Part shown: piece after piece, positions 28,602 to 38,066 of the stretch
Position numbering within the stretch: position 1 is the stretch's first letter
How the letters are laid out: every line of letters begins with the position of its first letter
From: Bacteroidia bacterium
Lineage (GTDB): Bacteria; Bacteroidota; Bacteroidia; JANWJV01
Assembly (NCBI GenBank): GCA_025451785.1
Contig: JANWJV010000007.1
Span: 1,596-65,595 of the forward strand
Direction: 5' to 3'
Length of the DNA: 64,000 nucleotides
Notes under the pieces: generated by a model
Seen by the model: the letters and a program-made list of their open reading frames with translations, nothing else
Told to the model about the DNA's origin: nothing
The model's database searches: none
Translations under genes and position numbers: made by a program

Positions 28602-30146
28602 ATGGAAAATAAAAGAGTTAGATTACGTTTCGCGCCAAGTCCCACAGGGGGATTGCACATGGGCGGAGTGCGTACTGCTTTGTTCAATTATCTTTTCGCG
28701 AAGAAACACGGCGGGGATTTTCTTCTCCGCATCGAGGACACCGACCAAACACGTTACGTAAAAGGCGCTGAAGAATACATTGTTGCGGCGCTTAATTGGA
28801 CCGGAATAAAAATAGATGAAGGTGTGAGCGTGGGCGGTCCGCATGCGCCTTACCGCCAGAGCGAGCGCAAAGAACTGGGCATCTATAAAAAATACGCCGA
28901 CCAGCTCATTCAAAGCGGGCATGCCTATTATGCTTTTGATACTGCGGAAGAACTTGACGCCATGCGCAAGCGTTTAGAAGCCGCCAAGGTGGCCGCGCCG
29001 CAGTACAACGCGGTATCGAGGCAGAACATGCGCAATTCGCTGACGCTTTCGGAAGACGAAACAAAAAAACTACTGGACGCGGGAACCCCTCATGTGATCC
29101 GCTTGAAAGTTCCACGCAACGAGGAGATCCGTTTCCACGATATCATCCGCGGATGGGTGGTGGTGAACTCTTCGCAGGTGGATGATAAGGTATTGCTCAA
29201 GAGCGATGGCATGCCCACCTATCATTTGGCACATATTGTTGACGACAAGCTGATGGAGATCTCGCACGCAGTGCGCGGCGAAGAATGGCTGCCTTCGGCT
29301 CCTGCCCACATCCTCATTTACCGTTACCTGGGCTGGGAAGAAACGATGCCGCAGTTGGCGCATTTGCCGCTCATTCTGAAACCTGACGGCAACGGCAAGC
29401 TCTCCAAGCGCGATAAGTCAGGACTGCCCATGTTCCCCTTGAACTGGACCGACCCCAGCACCAACGAAAGTTATATAGGTTACCGCGAAAGCGGATTTTT
29501 CCCTGAGGCCTTCGCCAATATGCTGGCCTTCCTGGGCTGGAACCCCGGTACAACGCAGGAATTGTTTTCGATGGATGAATTGATACAAGCTTTCAGCTTC
29601 GAGCGCGTAAATAAATCGGGCGCCAAGTTCGATCCGGAAAAAACCAAGTGGTTCAACCAGCAGTATTTGAGGAAGAAGGCGGATAGTGAGCTTGCTGCTT
29701 TGTTCGCTCCTGTAGTAGAGGAAAAAACAAATGGGCAAGGAGCAAAGGGCAAAGGGCAAGACTATATTGAGAAGGTTTGTAAGCTGATAAAAGAGAAAGC
29801 CCATTTCGTAAGCGAGTTTTGGGAGATGGGAAAGTTCTTCTTTATTGCTCCTGATGCCTACGATGCCGATGTGATAAAGAAACGCTGGAACGAAGGTTCG
29901 GCAAAATTCATAGCGGCGCTGGCCACCGAATACAAGAACATGGGCGACTTTACCGCCGCGGAAGCCGAAAGAGTATTCAAGGCCACCGCTGAAAACACCG
30001 GCACCAATCCCGGGCAGGTAATGCAGTTGTTTCGTGTTTGCCTTAGCGGAATGGGCGGAGGCCCTGTACTATTTGAAATGACAGAACTGCTTGGTAAGGA
30101 CGAAGTAGTGAAACGCCTCGAAACCGCCGTTCAAAAGATAAAGTAA
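28602..30146 (+). CDS. gltX: glutamate--tRNA ligase
   Basis: 514 aa. RFAPSPTGGLHMGG (HIGH) and KLSKR (KMSKS). Confidence 0.95.
   Translation: MENKRVRLRFAPSPTGGLHMGGVRTALFNYLFAKKHGGDFLLRIEDTDQTRYVKGAEEYIVAALNWTGIKIDEGVSVGGPHAPYRQSERKELGIYKKYADQLIQSGHAYYAFDTAEELDAMRKRLEAAKVAAPQYNAVSRQNMRNSLTLSEDETKKLLDAGTPHVIRLKVPRNEEIRFHDIIRGWVVVNSSQVDDKVLLKSDGMPTYHLAHIVDDKLMEISHAVRGEEWLPSAPAHILIYRYLGWEETMPQLAHLPLILKPDGNGKLSKRDKSGLPMFPLNWTDPSTNESYIGYRESGFFPEAFANMLAFLGWNPGTTQELFSMDELIQAFSFERVNKSGAKFDPEKTKWFNQQYLRKKADSELAALFAPVVEEKTNGQGAKGKGQDYIEKVCKLIKEKAHFVSEFWEMGKFFFIAPDAYDADVIKKRWNEGSAKFIAALATEYKNMGDFTAAEAERVFKATAENTGTNPGQVMQLFRVCLSGMGGGPVLFEMTELLGKDEVVKRLETAVQKIK
29733..29760 (+). repeat. heptanucleotide tandem array (GGGCAAA-like x4) inside gltX
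   Basis: GGGCAAG GAGCAAA GGGCAAA GGGCAAG, encoding GQGAKGKGQ. Confidence 0.85.
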
Positions 30147-30493
30147 TGGGCATCATCAGGGTCGAAGGCATACGGACCTATTCTTACCACGGCTGCTTAG
30201 CCGAGGAAGCAACCATCGGCGGCAGTTATGTTGTTGATGTTATGATAGAGACAGACTTCAACGAAGCGGCCATCAGCGACGAGCTTTCCAAAACAGTGGA
30301 CTACCTTACCGTTCATGAGATCGTAAAAGAGCAGATGGCCATCCGCTCAAAGCTTATTGAGCACGTAGCGAAACGCATCTCCGACAAGCTGCGATCGCAG
30401 CTACCCGCCATACAAAAGCTCCAGGTCACCGTTACCAAGATCAATCCCCCCATGAATGGTGACGTTGAGAAGGTAAGCGTTACTGTTTCCTAG
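30146..30493 (+). CDS. folB: dihydroneopterin aldolase
   Basis: 115 aa. IRTYSYHGCLAEEATIGGSYVVDV is a FolB pattern. TAATG overlap with gltX. Confidence 0.85.
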   Translation: MGIIRVEGIRTYSYHGCLAEEATIGGSYVVDVMIETDFNEAAISDELSKTVDYLTVHEIVKEQMAIRSKLIEHVAKRISDKLRSQLPAIQKLQVTVTKINPPMNGDVEKVSVTVS

Positions 30494-32022
30494 AGTATCT
30501 CTTTCGGAACCACCCTCCTCTTAAAGGCCTTTACCCGCTTCTGCATTCCCGCTTCTGAGTCAGGATTAAAGGTAGTAGTGGTCTCCCATGAGTTCTCCGG
30601 CTTGAATTCCTCTTCCATTCCTTTGAGAACGCTTGCGGCTATCTTTTCTGAGCGGATCACTGTAATGCATTCCGTGTTCAGGTAAGCGCTGCGCGGATCG
30701 AGGTTAAAGGTGCCTATCACGGTTATCTTTCCATCGATCACCATCGACTTGGCATGAAGGCCGAAGATGGGTGCATAGTCTAGCTTTTTCTGCAAAGCCC
30801 CAGTCATGATGTCGTAACGCACTTTTGCATCGGGCTTGAACTCGAAGATGCGGATCCCGAGCTTCAGCATTTCCTCACGGTCGCGCTGGTAGCCGCTAAA
30901 GGCTTCAAGATTATCGGTGGAAGCAAGGCTGTTGGTGAGTATCCGTACCTCCACACCCTTCATCGCCGCCACCTGGAACAACACCATGCCCACCTCGGTC
31001 ATTACCAGGTAGGGTGATTGTATGTCGATGCTCTTCTCTGCACTTTTCACAAGCTCTATAAGTGAATCGGTGGTGATACTATGCCTCATACCTCCATCCT
31101 CCACTATCTTGCCGGGCACATCGGAAATAAACGTTACACTATCTGTCCACACCAACTCACCCGACTCCCTTATGGAACGGAAAGAATCATTGAGCTTCGC
31201 TATCCTCTCCCTCACCTGGGGCCAGAAATTCTCCGGGTTACAGGCATACTGGTGCAGGCGGTCGAAACGACGAGGATCTTTGAGACCGGCTCCTTCTTCC
31301 TTTACAAGAGCAGTAACATCAACGCTCAACGCGCTATTCCAAAAATCCTCGAACGAAGTTTCTACTTGTGATGCGGCTCTTCCAAGCAGCAGCACATCGC
31401 GATCGCGGAAATTATATTCGTGGTCGTAATCAAAATATTCATCGGCCACGTTGCGCCCGCCGGTGATGAGTACTTTGCCATCCACAATAAATGTTTTGTT
31501 GTGCATGCGTTGGTTGGCCTTAATAAAATCACCGGCAAAGGCCTTTACCTTTTCCCCGATGTTCTTGCCCACGTTAACGCCCGGATTATAGATCTTGATG
31601 CTGATGTTTTCGTGCGAGTCCATCGTAAGGATGTCATGCGTGCCGGCTTCCACCATGATGTCATCTACCAGGATGCGCACCTTCACACCTCTGTCGGCCG
31701 CCCGCACCAGGTAATCGCAGGCGATGAGGCCCACGTTATCCGTTGAGAAAATGAAGTACTGGATATCGATGGTCTTTTCCGCATACTCGCTCAGCCAGGC
31801 CCTGGCGATCATGGAGCCACCGCCATCCTCGAGCACATAAACCCCTGTCTTGTCTTTCATGAGCGCTGCCAGGGGTTCCAGTTCTCCTGAAAGGCTTAAG
31901 GAATCGTTGCGGTGGATGGAGGAACAAAAATCCTTGGTAACCGGAGGAATTTCCTTGGGGTCAGAAGAGCAGGAGAAGAGACTGAACGTAACAGGGAGTA
32001 GAAAAAGTCGGGAGATCGTCAA
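30490..32022 (-). CDS. phospholipase D family protein (two HKD motifs), probable lipoprotein
   Basis: HNKTFIVDG and HAKSMVIDG. N-terminus LLPVTFSLFSCSSD. The start codon at 32022 is TTG, so the start is uncertain. Confidence 0.8.
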   Translation of the reverse strand: MTISRLFLLPVTFSLFSCSSDPKEIPPVTKDFCSSIHRNDSLSLSGELEPLAALMKDKTGVYVLEDGGGSMIARAWLSEYAEKTIDIQYFIFSTDNVGLIACDYLVRAADRGVKVRILVDDIMVEAGTHDILTMDSHENISIKIYNPGVNVGKNIGEKVKAFAGDFIKANQRMHNKTFIVDGKVLITGGRNVADEYFDYDHEYNFRDRDVLLLGRAASQVETSFEDFWNSALSVDVTALVKEEGAGLKDPRRFDRLHQYACNPENFWPQVRERIAKLNDSFRSIRESGELVWTDSVTFISDVPGKIVEDGGMRHSITTDSLIELVKSAEKSIDIQSPYLVMTEVGMVLFQVAAMKGVEVRILTNSLASTDNLEAFSGYQRDREEMLKLGIRIFEFKPDAKVRYDIMTGALQKKLDYAPIFGLHAKSMVIDGKITVIGTFNLDPRSAYLNTECITVIRSEKIAASVLKGMEEEFKPENSWETTTTFNPDSEAGMQKRVKAFKRRVVPKEIL

Positions 32023-32083
32023 AGGGAGCAGTTTTTTAATTGAACTAACAAATTCTTCTCCGCTAAACTGGGAAGGCTATCCA

Positions 32084-33121
32084 TCAAAGCATTATTCCAA
32101 TCACACACACATCGTCAACTTGCTCCAACTCCCCTTTCCAGTTTTCAAATGTGCTGTTCAGCGATATTTGCTTCGCATCAGGATCCTTTCCTAACGTTGC
32201 AGAAAGTGTTTCTTGAAACTGTTTATACTTAAACTTCTTTCCTTTCGGTCCGCCGAATTGGTCAGCATAGCCGTCAGTAAATAAATAAAATATCGCACCT
32301 TGTTCGTACTCTATTAGATGTGTTTTAAAAGGGCGGCGGCGACTGCTCCTGCCGATGGGTTGTTTGTCTGCCGTGATCTCCTTTAGCGCTTTGCTATCAA
32401 AATACCATAAGGGGTTATTGGCGCCGCTCCATTGTATTTGCCGGCTTACTTTGTTTATTGATAGCAGCGAAATATCCATACCGTCCTGTACCTGGGCATC
32501 GCTTTTCTCAAAGGTTTCTAAAACGAGATCAGTGACTTTGTCAAGTATTGCTCCGGTATCGGAAAAGTGAAACTCCTTAACAGCTCTGTTTAAAGCATTG
32601 CTGCAAACTACAGAAACCATTGCGCCAGGAACTCCGTGCCCGGTGCAATCAGCAACCGCAATTAAAATAGTGTCGTTAATTTTTTCCATCCAGTAGAAAT
32701 CGCCGGCTACAATATCTTTCGGCTTGTACAGCACAAAAGTACCCGGCAGTGCTTCTTTGATCAAAGCTTCCGATGGAAGAATCGCCTCTTGCAGGCGCTT
32801 TGCATACGTAATGCTGTCAATGGTCTCTTTTTGATGCTCCTCTATCAAACGTTTTTGAAGCTCTATTTCTTTGTTCTTACCAATTAACTCGCGTTTGGCG
32901 CTTTTAATTCTTTTATACATTAAGGCTAAGAACACAATGCCCAGGACATTAAGATATTGCGGGGTGTTTTTGCGCTGTGTTTCTGGAGTGAATAGTACGA
33001 CTCCCATTACTATAAGAGCAAAGGCAAGGCCGCCATATTTTTCCAAGCTATCCTGTTCCTTCCAATTTCGAATGTATATCTCTTTCCTGCTTTTTAGAAA
33101 ATTTAATATTCGAAGTAACAT
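32084..33121 (-). CDS. membrane-anchored PP2C/SpoIIE-family protein phosphatase
   Basis: Two N-terminal TM helices, a coiled linker, then GDFYW...DCTGHGVPGA...TDGYADQFGG. Confidence 0.8.
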   Translation of the reverse strand: MLLRILNFLKSRKEIYIRNWKEQDSLEKYGGLAFALIVMGVVLFTPETQRKNTPQYLNVLGIVFLALMYKRIKSAKRELIGKNKEIELQKRLIEEHQKETIDSITYAKRLQEAILPSEALIKEALPGTFVLYKPKDIVAGDFYWMEKINDTILIAVADCTGHGVPGAMVSVVCSNALNRAVKEFHFSDTGAILDKVTDLVLETFEKSDAQVQDGMDISLLSINKVSRQIQWSGANNPLWYFDSKALKEITADKQPIGRSSRRRPFKTHLIEYEQGAIFYLFTDGYADQFGGPKGKKFKYKQFQETLSATLGKDPDAKQISLNSTFENWKGELEQVDDVCVIGIML

Positions 33122-33219
33122 GTGATCAAATGTATTTATTTTTCACAGGTTGAACCCTTACACCTGTTTCCCTTTGCCTGAGTGGCGTCAAGTTTGACCT
33201 GGCCATTTCGGTAATGAGA

Positions 33220-33243
33220 AAATGCCGCTTTGGGGCGGCATTT
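33220..33243 (-). terminator. hairpin terminator after tRNA-Cys
   Basis: AAATGCCGC / GCGGCATTT 9-bp stem with a 6-nt loop, 13 nt past the tRNA 3' end. On the minus strand it is followed by TCTCATT. Confidence 0.6.
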
Positions 33244-33255
33244 CTGCATTTATCG

Positions 33256-33326
33256 AGGTCCCGAGCGGATTTGAACCGCTGTACAAGGTTTTGCAGACCT
33301 CTGCCTAACCGCTCGGCCACAGGACC
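33256..33326 (-). tRNA. tRNA-Cys (GCA)
   Basis: Cloverleaf folded by hand. Acceptor GGTCCTG/CGGGACC, anticodon loop CTGCAAA, T arm AGCGG-TTCAAAT-CCGCT, discriminator U. CCA is not encoded. Confidence 0.9.
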
Positions 33327-33371
33327 TTTAGGAAGGCGAATTTACGAAATAAATCCTAACCGGGGCTTCTG

Positions 33372-33379
33372 TATCTTTG
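33372..33379 (+). promoter_or_regulatory. candidate Bacteroidota -7 box (TATCTTTG) for gluQ
   Basis: Exact match to TAnnTTTG, 12 nt upstream of the gluQ ATG. I saw no clear -33 TTTG. Confidence 0.4.
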
Positions 33380-33391
33380 CCCCCGTCACCT

Positions 33392-34171
33392 ATGGCAAAA
33401 CCCCTCCGTACCCGCTTCGCCCCTACCCCCAGTGGTTACCTGCACCTTGGCAATGCCTTTAATTTCCAGCTTACCTCGCTGGAGGCTAAAAAGGAGAATG
33501 GGACCATACTCCTTCGGATCGATGACCTGGACGCGGCACGGGTGGAGCAGCAGTATGTAGACGATATCTTCAACACCCTGCAATGGCTGGGCCTGGATTG
33601 GGATGAAGGTCCGCGCGATAGCACCGAACATTTCAGTAAGTTCTCACAAGAGCTTCGCAAAAGCCGTTATCATGAATTGATAGGACAGCTGAAAAACGAC
33701 GGGCATCTATTTGCCTGTACCTGTTCCCGCAAGGAGGTCCTCGAGAAAAATAAAAGCGGGCGTTATTCCGGTACCTGCCAGCATAAGAACCTGCCTTTTG
33801 ATACACCCGATGCGGCCTGGCGCCTGAAAAGGGATGACGATGAAATGGCTTACCCCATCATCCGCCGCCGCGATGGTATCCCCTCCTCTACAATAGCCTC
33901 TTTAGCCGACGATACCGACCAGCAGATCAACCTTATCGTTCGTGGCACCGACCTGTTGCCCGTCACGAAGCTGCAATTGCACCTGGCCGAATTGTTAGGC
34001 TTAAAGGAATTCGGGAAGACGCGCTTCATCCATCATCCTTTATTGCAGGACAAAGAAGGAAACAAGCTCAGTAAATCAGCGGGAAGTTTGTCGTTAAAGG
34101 CAATGAGGGAAAGCGGGATTACCGCAGAGGAGGTTTATAGGCTATTCGAAAATTGGCAAAAGGGCAAATAG
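33392..34171 (+). CDS. gluQ: tRNA glutamyl-Q(34) synthetase (GluRS paralog lacking anticodon-binding domain)
   Basis: 259 aa from the ATG at 33392. RFAPTPSGYLHLGN and KLSKS motifs. A Cys cluster CTCSR...GTC is present. Confidence 0.85.
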   Translation: MAKPLRTRFAPTPSGYLHLGNAFNFQLTSLEAKKENGTILLRIDDLDAARVEQQYVDDIFNTLQWLGLDWDEGPRDSTEHFSKFSQELRKSRYHELIGQLKNDGHLFACTCSRKEVLEKNKSGRYSGTCQHKNLPFDTPDAAWRLKRDDDEMAYPIIRRRDGIPSSTIASLADDTDQQINLIVRGTDLLPVTKLQLHLAELLGLKEFGKTRFIHHPLLQDKEGNKLSKSAGSLSLKAMRESGITAEEVYRLFENWQKGK

Positions 34172-34183
34172 GCAAAGGGCAAT
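34154..34183 (+). repeat. imperfect GGCAAA-type 7-8-nt tandem array at gluQ 3' end
   Basis: TGGCAAA AGGGCAAA TAGGCAAA GGGCAAT. It spans the gluQ stop and forms the left arm of the terminator palindrome. Confidence 0.7.
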
Positions 34184-34202
34184 TGCATGTTTGCCTATTT
34201 GC
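34164..34202. terminator. bidirectional hairpin between convergent gluQ and TraB/GumN genes
   Basis: Perfect 13-bp inverted repeat GCAAATAGGCAAA / TTTGCCTATTTGC with a 13-nt loop that contains the palindrome GCAATTGC. Confidence 0.6.
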
Positions 34203-34214
34203 AAATTTGCGTGT

Positions 34215-37200
34215 TTAATAGTCATAATAGCTATCGTAGTACGAATACCCACCCTCGCTGTCAAAGTCTGACACCGAAGCCCGCTTACGGCCATCGATGC
34301 GAAGTTTTTTCAGCATCTCCTCCAGTTCCTTCTTCATTTGCTTTTCACTTTCGTACGAAAAGTTCTTGCGGATCACCTCCGGCTTGTAGTTCACCCTGGC
34401 CGCCATATCAGGCATGATACCGATATAGCTCATCTTCCATATCTTTTTGTCCAGCGGCCTCGACTTGAACACATACACATAGCCTTTGTGTTTTGAGGTG
34501 GCCGTGGCTAATTTGTCAAGCAGCACCAGCGTGTCTTTTTTGAAGTCCTCGTTCTCTCCATACAACATGGAGATCACCAGCTCCTTTTGGTTGTACTTCA
34601 GCGTATCGAACTTATCGAGGCGCTTATCTTTTTCCAGTATCCTGTACAGCCAGTAACGGGTAGAACCTTCGGCCGCCAGGTACGGCCACAAAGTGTCGTT
34701 CACCGGGATGCCCTTTTTCAGCATCGCCGTAGCAGTATAGGCTTTCAGGATGTTTTGTTTGGTACGAAGGGTCTTGTCGATGAACTTCTTCACATCCGGG
34801 TCGCTCTTATAGAAGGGGCTGAGCAGGCTTACATAGCAATAGATCTTGAACTGGTCTGTGCTCAGCACGTTCGAAGCTTCCGCGCTGTTCTTCATATAGC
34901 TGGAACTGTAGGAAGAATAGTACTTGCTGCTGCTCTCCGTCGATGACATGTACAGCTTCAGGTCGTAACGCGCGTCGTTCATTATATCGTCCCTGAACTT
35001 CGAATAGTCTTTCTTTTTCAGATAGCCCTTCTCCACACAATTGTAAAGCAGCTTGTAGATCGACTGGCGGAAGTCAGGATACTTGGCATAGGCCAGCAGG
35101 TCGGGGAACAGTTCCTTGCCCACTTCCAGTGAATCGCCATAGGGATAAAAAATATCGGAAATGTCGGTGCTGCTTTTACTTACCGGGAGCTCCGTGCGTA
35201 GCATCGACATAAATGTCTTTATGGACGGCAGCGATTTCTGGTTGGCCACAGCGGTAAGAATAGCCAGCTGGATCTTAAGCGAATCGGTATATCGCTCATA
35301 CAGCTTCTCGAAGAAAGGCAATATCTCCTTCGAATGCAGCGTGCCTAATGCCTTGATCAATTCGGTCTTGGCCTTCAGCTCTAGTTTGCTGAAACCAGGA
35401 TTGTTGATCGTTTTCATCAACTGCGGAGCATGCGTGTCGTTCATATTGTTCCGCACATAATCCACGGCGTTCTCGGCCCTCTTACGTGCTGTAGCATCAT
35501 CAGAATATATCTTGCTGAAAAAATGCTCACCCAGCTTATCGGTAAGGATGCCCGATCCGATGCAGGTATCTTTCGGGGTAAAGCTATCGAAGAAGTTCTC
35601 CACGAAAGCGCTGGGTCCGCTAATGGTATCGACATAGGTGCGAAGGGTATAAAGACTTCCGCACTTTTGAAGCATCCTTATCATATACCCGCGTGCGGTA
35701 TTAGAGTCGGTAAGCAGCAGCGAGAGGGTATGGATGCCGTTCTTGTCCTCGGTCTTTTTCCTCGACACGTTCATGCCATATTCCTTCGATACGCCCTTCA
35801 CCTGGTCGTTCCAGAACTTATCGAGCGTATTGTACTGGTAATACATGCTGAACTTCCGGAACTCCACCGATACCTTCTCCCCCGTTTCGTTAGAAACATA
35901 CACCCGCGAATTTTTCACGGGCAAGAAATCCTTTTCCTCCTTCTTCGCCTTCTTGTCCTTGCTGCTGGAGTAATAATCGGAGGAGCTGCTTCTCGAATAC
36001 GGCCTTACCAGGTCGCCGTAAGTAGAGGTGTTCAGGTGCGTCTTCACGCTGAAATGCAGCACCGTATCCGTAAAGGTCTTGAAGGGTTTCTGGTAAACAG
36101 TATTGCTGAACGCGAAAGAGCCCAGGTATTTGCCGGCATAGGCCTTGTCTTTCGTCTTCACCCCGGTGAGGTAATAGTTATGCCCCTGTAGCGCAATGCG
36201 CGCGTAAATGGTCTCGCCGCTGTCGTTACCGAGCCGTACATCAAGCGCGGGATATTTTCCAACGGTAACCGGCGTACGCTCCTTCACCTTATACTTCAGC
36301 TGGCGCCCAAAGGTCTCGGCCAAAAAGTTGAGCTCAAAGGTATCTTCCTCCAAATAGCTCATATCGTAAAGTGAGGAGGCGATAAAGAAGAAATAGGAAT
36401 TTTTGTCCTGCTGCCTTGCGGAGATGATCTCCTTTTGAACCGCTCCAGGATCGCTATTGCGGTAGATATGCGCGCCCGAGGGCACCATCACCTTGTATTC
36501 GCCGCGGGGTGGACTAAAGGTCTTATCGGGTGCGGGAGCCTGCTGGCGGAAAGAAATGGAATTGAAAAAGGTCTCCCCTTCTTTCCCTTTCTGCACATAT
36601 TCGCCGGTACCGCTCATTTTAAAGATATAGATCTCCTCAGGGGTCACGAAAATCTGGTAACGCTGCACGTCGCCCCTCCTGGTCTTATTAAGTATGTCGA
36701 AGCCAGGGAAACCGTTCTTGTGCCGGATGCTTTTCTTACTGAGTACCTTGCCGGGAATGTTCTCGTAAAGGATGCTATCCATACGGCTGATGAGCTGCGA
36801 TGGGCTTTCGCCGGTAAGGCCTCCGAAATAATTTACACGCTGTATATAATAGTATACCCCGTTCGACATGTCGTTGAACAGGTAGGACTTGGAAGCACCA
36901 AAATCGCTAAGCTCCGAAAGCTTGCCGGGAAGCATCACCGAAAAAGCGGAGTCGGCGGAGTGGCTGAGGCTGAAGGTGACAGGATAATGAAGGTCCTCGA
37001 GCTTCTTATTGGTCTTGTTATTGAAACCATCAGTATAGGTCACCGGGCGCACTGTGTAACCCTTTTTCCTTAGGAGCTCTATCACGCCCATGCTGCCAGG
37101 GAGGTGCGCCGCGCCCACACCGGTAAACAGGCTGTTACGCTTCATGATCGAATCCATGCGGTCGGCCATAATGATGTTGCGTTCATCGAGCATGAACTGG

Positions 37201-37928
37201 CGGTAGCAAGGCTTGCTTTGCGTCAATGAATACAGCGAGTCGAGCAGGTCGAGGTCGCCGTTGCGGTACGATTCCTCAAAAACTTCGTTGTAGGACCGGT
37301 CGCCCTGCAGGTCCTTCAGCTTCAGGCGCATCTGCTCACGTTTCTCATCATCAGCCTCTTCGTCCTCGCATATCTCCGACTTTTTCACGAGCTCGCGTGA
37401 GCGCTTGAAATCCTCCAGGCCTGTAACACGTTTGTTCAGCTTCTTACCTGCCTGGAAAATATAAAGGTCAAGATAGGTGTCTTCCTCGTAATCATCTTTA
37501 TAGGAAGAGGTACGGTACAGCATAGTGTTGACCACACTGGGCGATGATTTAAAGAAAAGCTTGATGTCCTTTTGCTCGGGAATATTGAGACTGAAGGCGC
37601 GTTTGTAAAATCCGGAAGGGCGTGAAAAATAGTTGGAGAACTCCGCCATCTGCTCCGCCTCCTCGTAATCCATGTGTTCTTTCAGCCAGGTGTCGGGGTT
37701 CAGCTCCAGGGCCACCATGTCAACACTTTCGATGGCAAGGTAAAAGGTGTCGCTCAGGTGGAAGGCGAGCTTTTCGCTTACGTGCCAGGTGCCATACAGG
37801 TAGCTGGGCTTGCTCATCCCTTTCCCGCTGATCTGCCACAAAAGACTGGTGTATTTCTTCACTGGCTTTTGCGCAAAGCCTTGCAAAACAAGTAAGGATA
37901 CAGCCGCAAACAGTAAGACCCGTCTCAT
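34215..37928 (-). CDS. TraB/GumN family protein with ~900-aa C-terminal extension (1237 aa)
   Basis: Signal peptide MRRVLLFAAVSLLVLQGFAQ at the ATG at 37928. TraB/GumN motifs LLWQISGKG..PSYLYGTWHV and GVGAAHLPGSMGVIELLRKKGY. I do not recognise the remainder. Confidence 0.75.
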   Translation of the reverse strand: MRRVLLFAAVSLLVLQGFAQKPVKKYTSLLWQISGKGMSKPSYLYGTWHVSEKLAFHLSDTFYLAIESVDMVALELNPDTWLKEHMDYEEAEQMAEFSNYFSRPSGFYKRAFSLNIPEQKDIKLFFKSSPSVVNTMLYRTSSYKDDYEEDTYLDLYIFQAGKKLNKRVTGLEDFKRSRELVKKSEICEDEEADDEKREQMRLKLKDLQGDRSYNEVFEESYRNGDLDLLDSLYSLTQSKPCYRQFMLDERNIIMADRMDSIMKRNSLFTGVGAAHLPGSMGVIELLRKKGYTVRPVTYTDGFNNKTNKKLEDLHYPVTFSLSHSADSAFSVMLPGKLSELSDFGASKSYLFNDMSNGVYYYIQRVNYFGGLTGESPSQLISRMDSILYENIPGKVLSKKSIRHKNGFPGFDILNKTRRGDVQRYQIFVTPEEIYIFKMSGTGEYVQKGKEGETFFNSISFRQQAPAPDKTFSPPRGEYKVMVPSGAHIYRNSDPGAVQKEIISARQQDKNSYFFFIASSLYDMSYLEEDTFELNFLAETFGRQLKYKVKERTPVTVGKYPALDVRLGNDSGETIYARIALQGHNYYLTGVKTKDKAYAGKYLGSFAFSNTVYQKPFKTFTDTVLHFSVKTHLNTSTYGDLVRPYSRSSSSDYYSSSKDKKAKKEEKDFLPVKNSRVYVSNETGEKVSVEFRKFSMYYQYNTLDKFWNDQVKGVSKEYGMNVSRKKTEDKNGIHTLSLLLTDSNTARGYMIRMLQKCGSLYTLRTYVDTISGPSAFVENFFDSFTPKDTCIGSGILTDKLGEHFFSKIYSDDATARKRAENAVDYVRNNMNDTHAPQLMKTINNPGFSKLELKAKTELIKALGTLHSKEILPFFEKLYERYTDSLKIQLAILTAVANQKSLPSIKTFMSMLRTELPVSKSSTDISDIFYPYGDSLEVGKELFPDLLAYAKYPDFRQSIYKLLYNCVEKGYLKKKDYSKFRDDIMNDARYDLKLYMSSTESSSKYYSSYSSSYMKNSAEASNVLSTDQFKIYCYVSLLSPFYKSDPDVKKFIDKTLRTKQNILKAYTATAMLKKGIPVNDTLWPYLAAEGSTRYWLYRILEKDKRLDKFDTLKYNQKELVISMLYGENEDFKKDTLVLLDKLATATSKHKGYVYVFKSRPLDKKIWKMSYIGIMPDMAARVNYKPEVIRKNFSYESEKQMKKELEEMLKKLRIDGRKRASVSDFDSEGGYSYYDSYYDY

Positions 37929-38066
37929 CTTCCTAAAAGTTTTTATAAATGTATAGATAAATTCCCTGATATAATAAGCCGCCTGGCAAGCCCGGTGACA
38001 TTTATCATGGAGGCACTTGACCACGCTCATGATAACGCTGACAGGGGCCCTCTAATTTTGTCCCCC

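Noticed and set aside
27881-28687. 268-aa minus-strand ORF spanning the ricT tail, gldH and the gltX start
   Set aside because: It is antisense to three well-supported genes. Its sequence is dominated by translated low-complexity and heptamer repeats (PPPPPLLRFRLLLLPPPPP, AYCLLPTAYCLL). It has no family features.
30490-32022. PLD-family protein as a nuclease-type defence gene
   Set aside because: It has a lipoprotein-like signal sequence and two full HKD motifs at phospholipase/cardiolipin-synthase-like spacing. It has no partner defence genes. It is flanked by folB and a phosphatase.
33126-33320. 64-aa ORF over tRNA-Cys, and a 94-aa ORF (46864-47148) over tRNA-Arg
   Set aside because: These regions fold into complete tRNA cloverleaves, so the ORFs are artefacts.
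35430-36191. 253-aa plus-strand ORF inside the TraB/GumN gene; similar long antisense ORFs at 2486-3169, 7911-8597, 9786-10382, 44314-44889 and 51959-52621
   Set aside because: All are embedded antisense in genes with clear family motifs on the other strand. Their composition is Arg/His/Leu-rich, as is typical of antisense frames.
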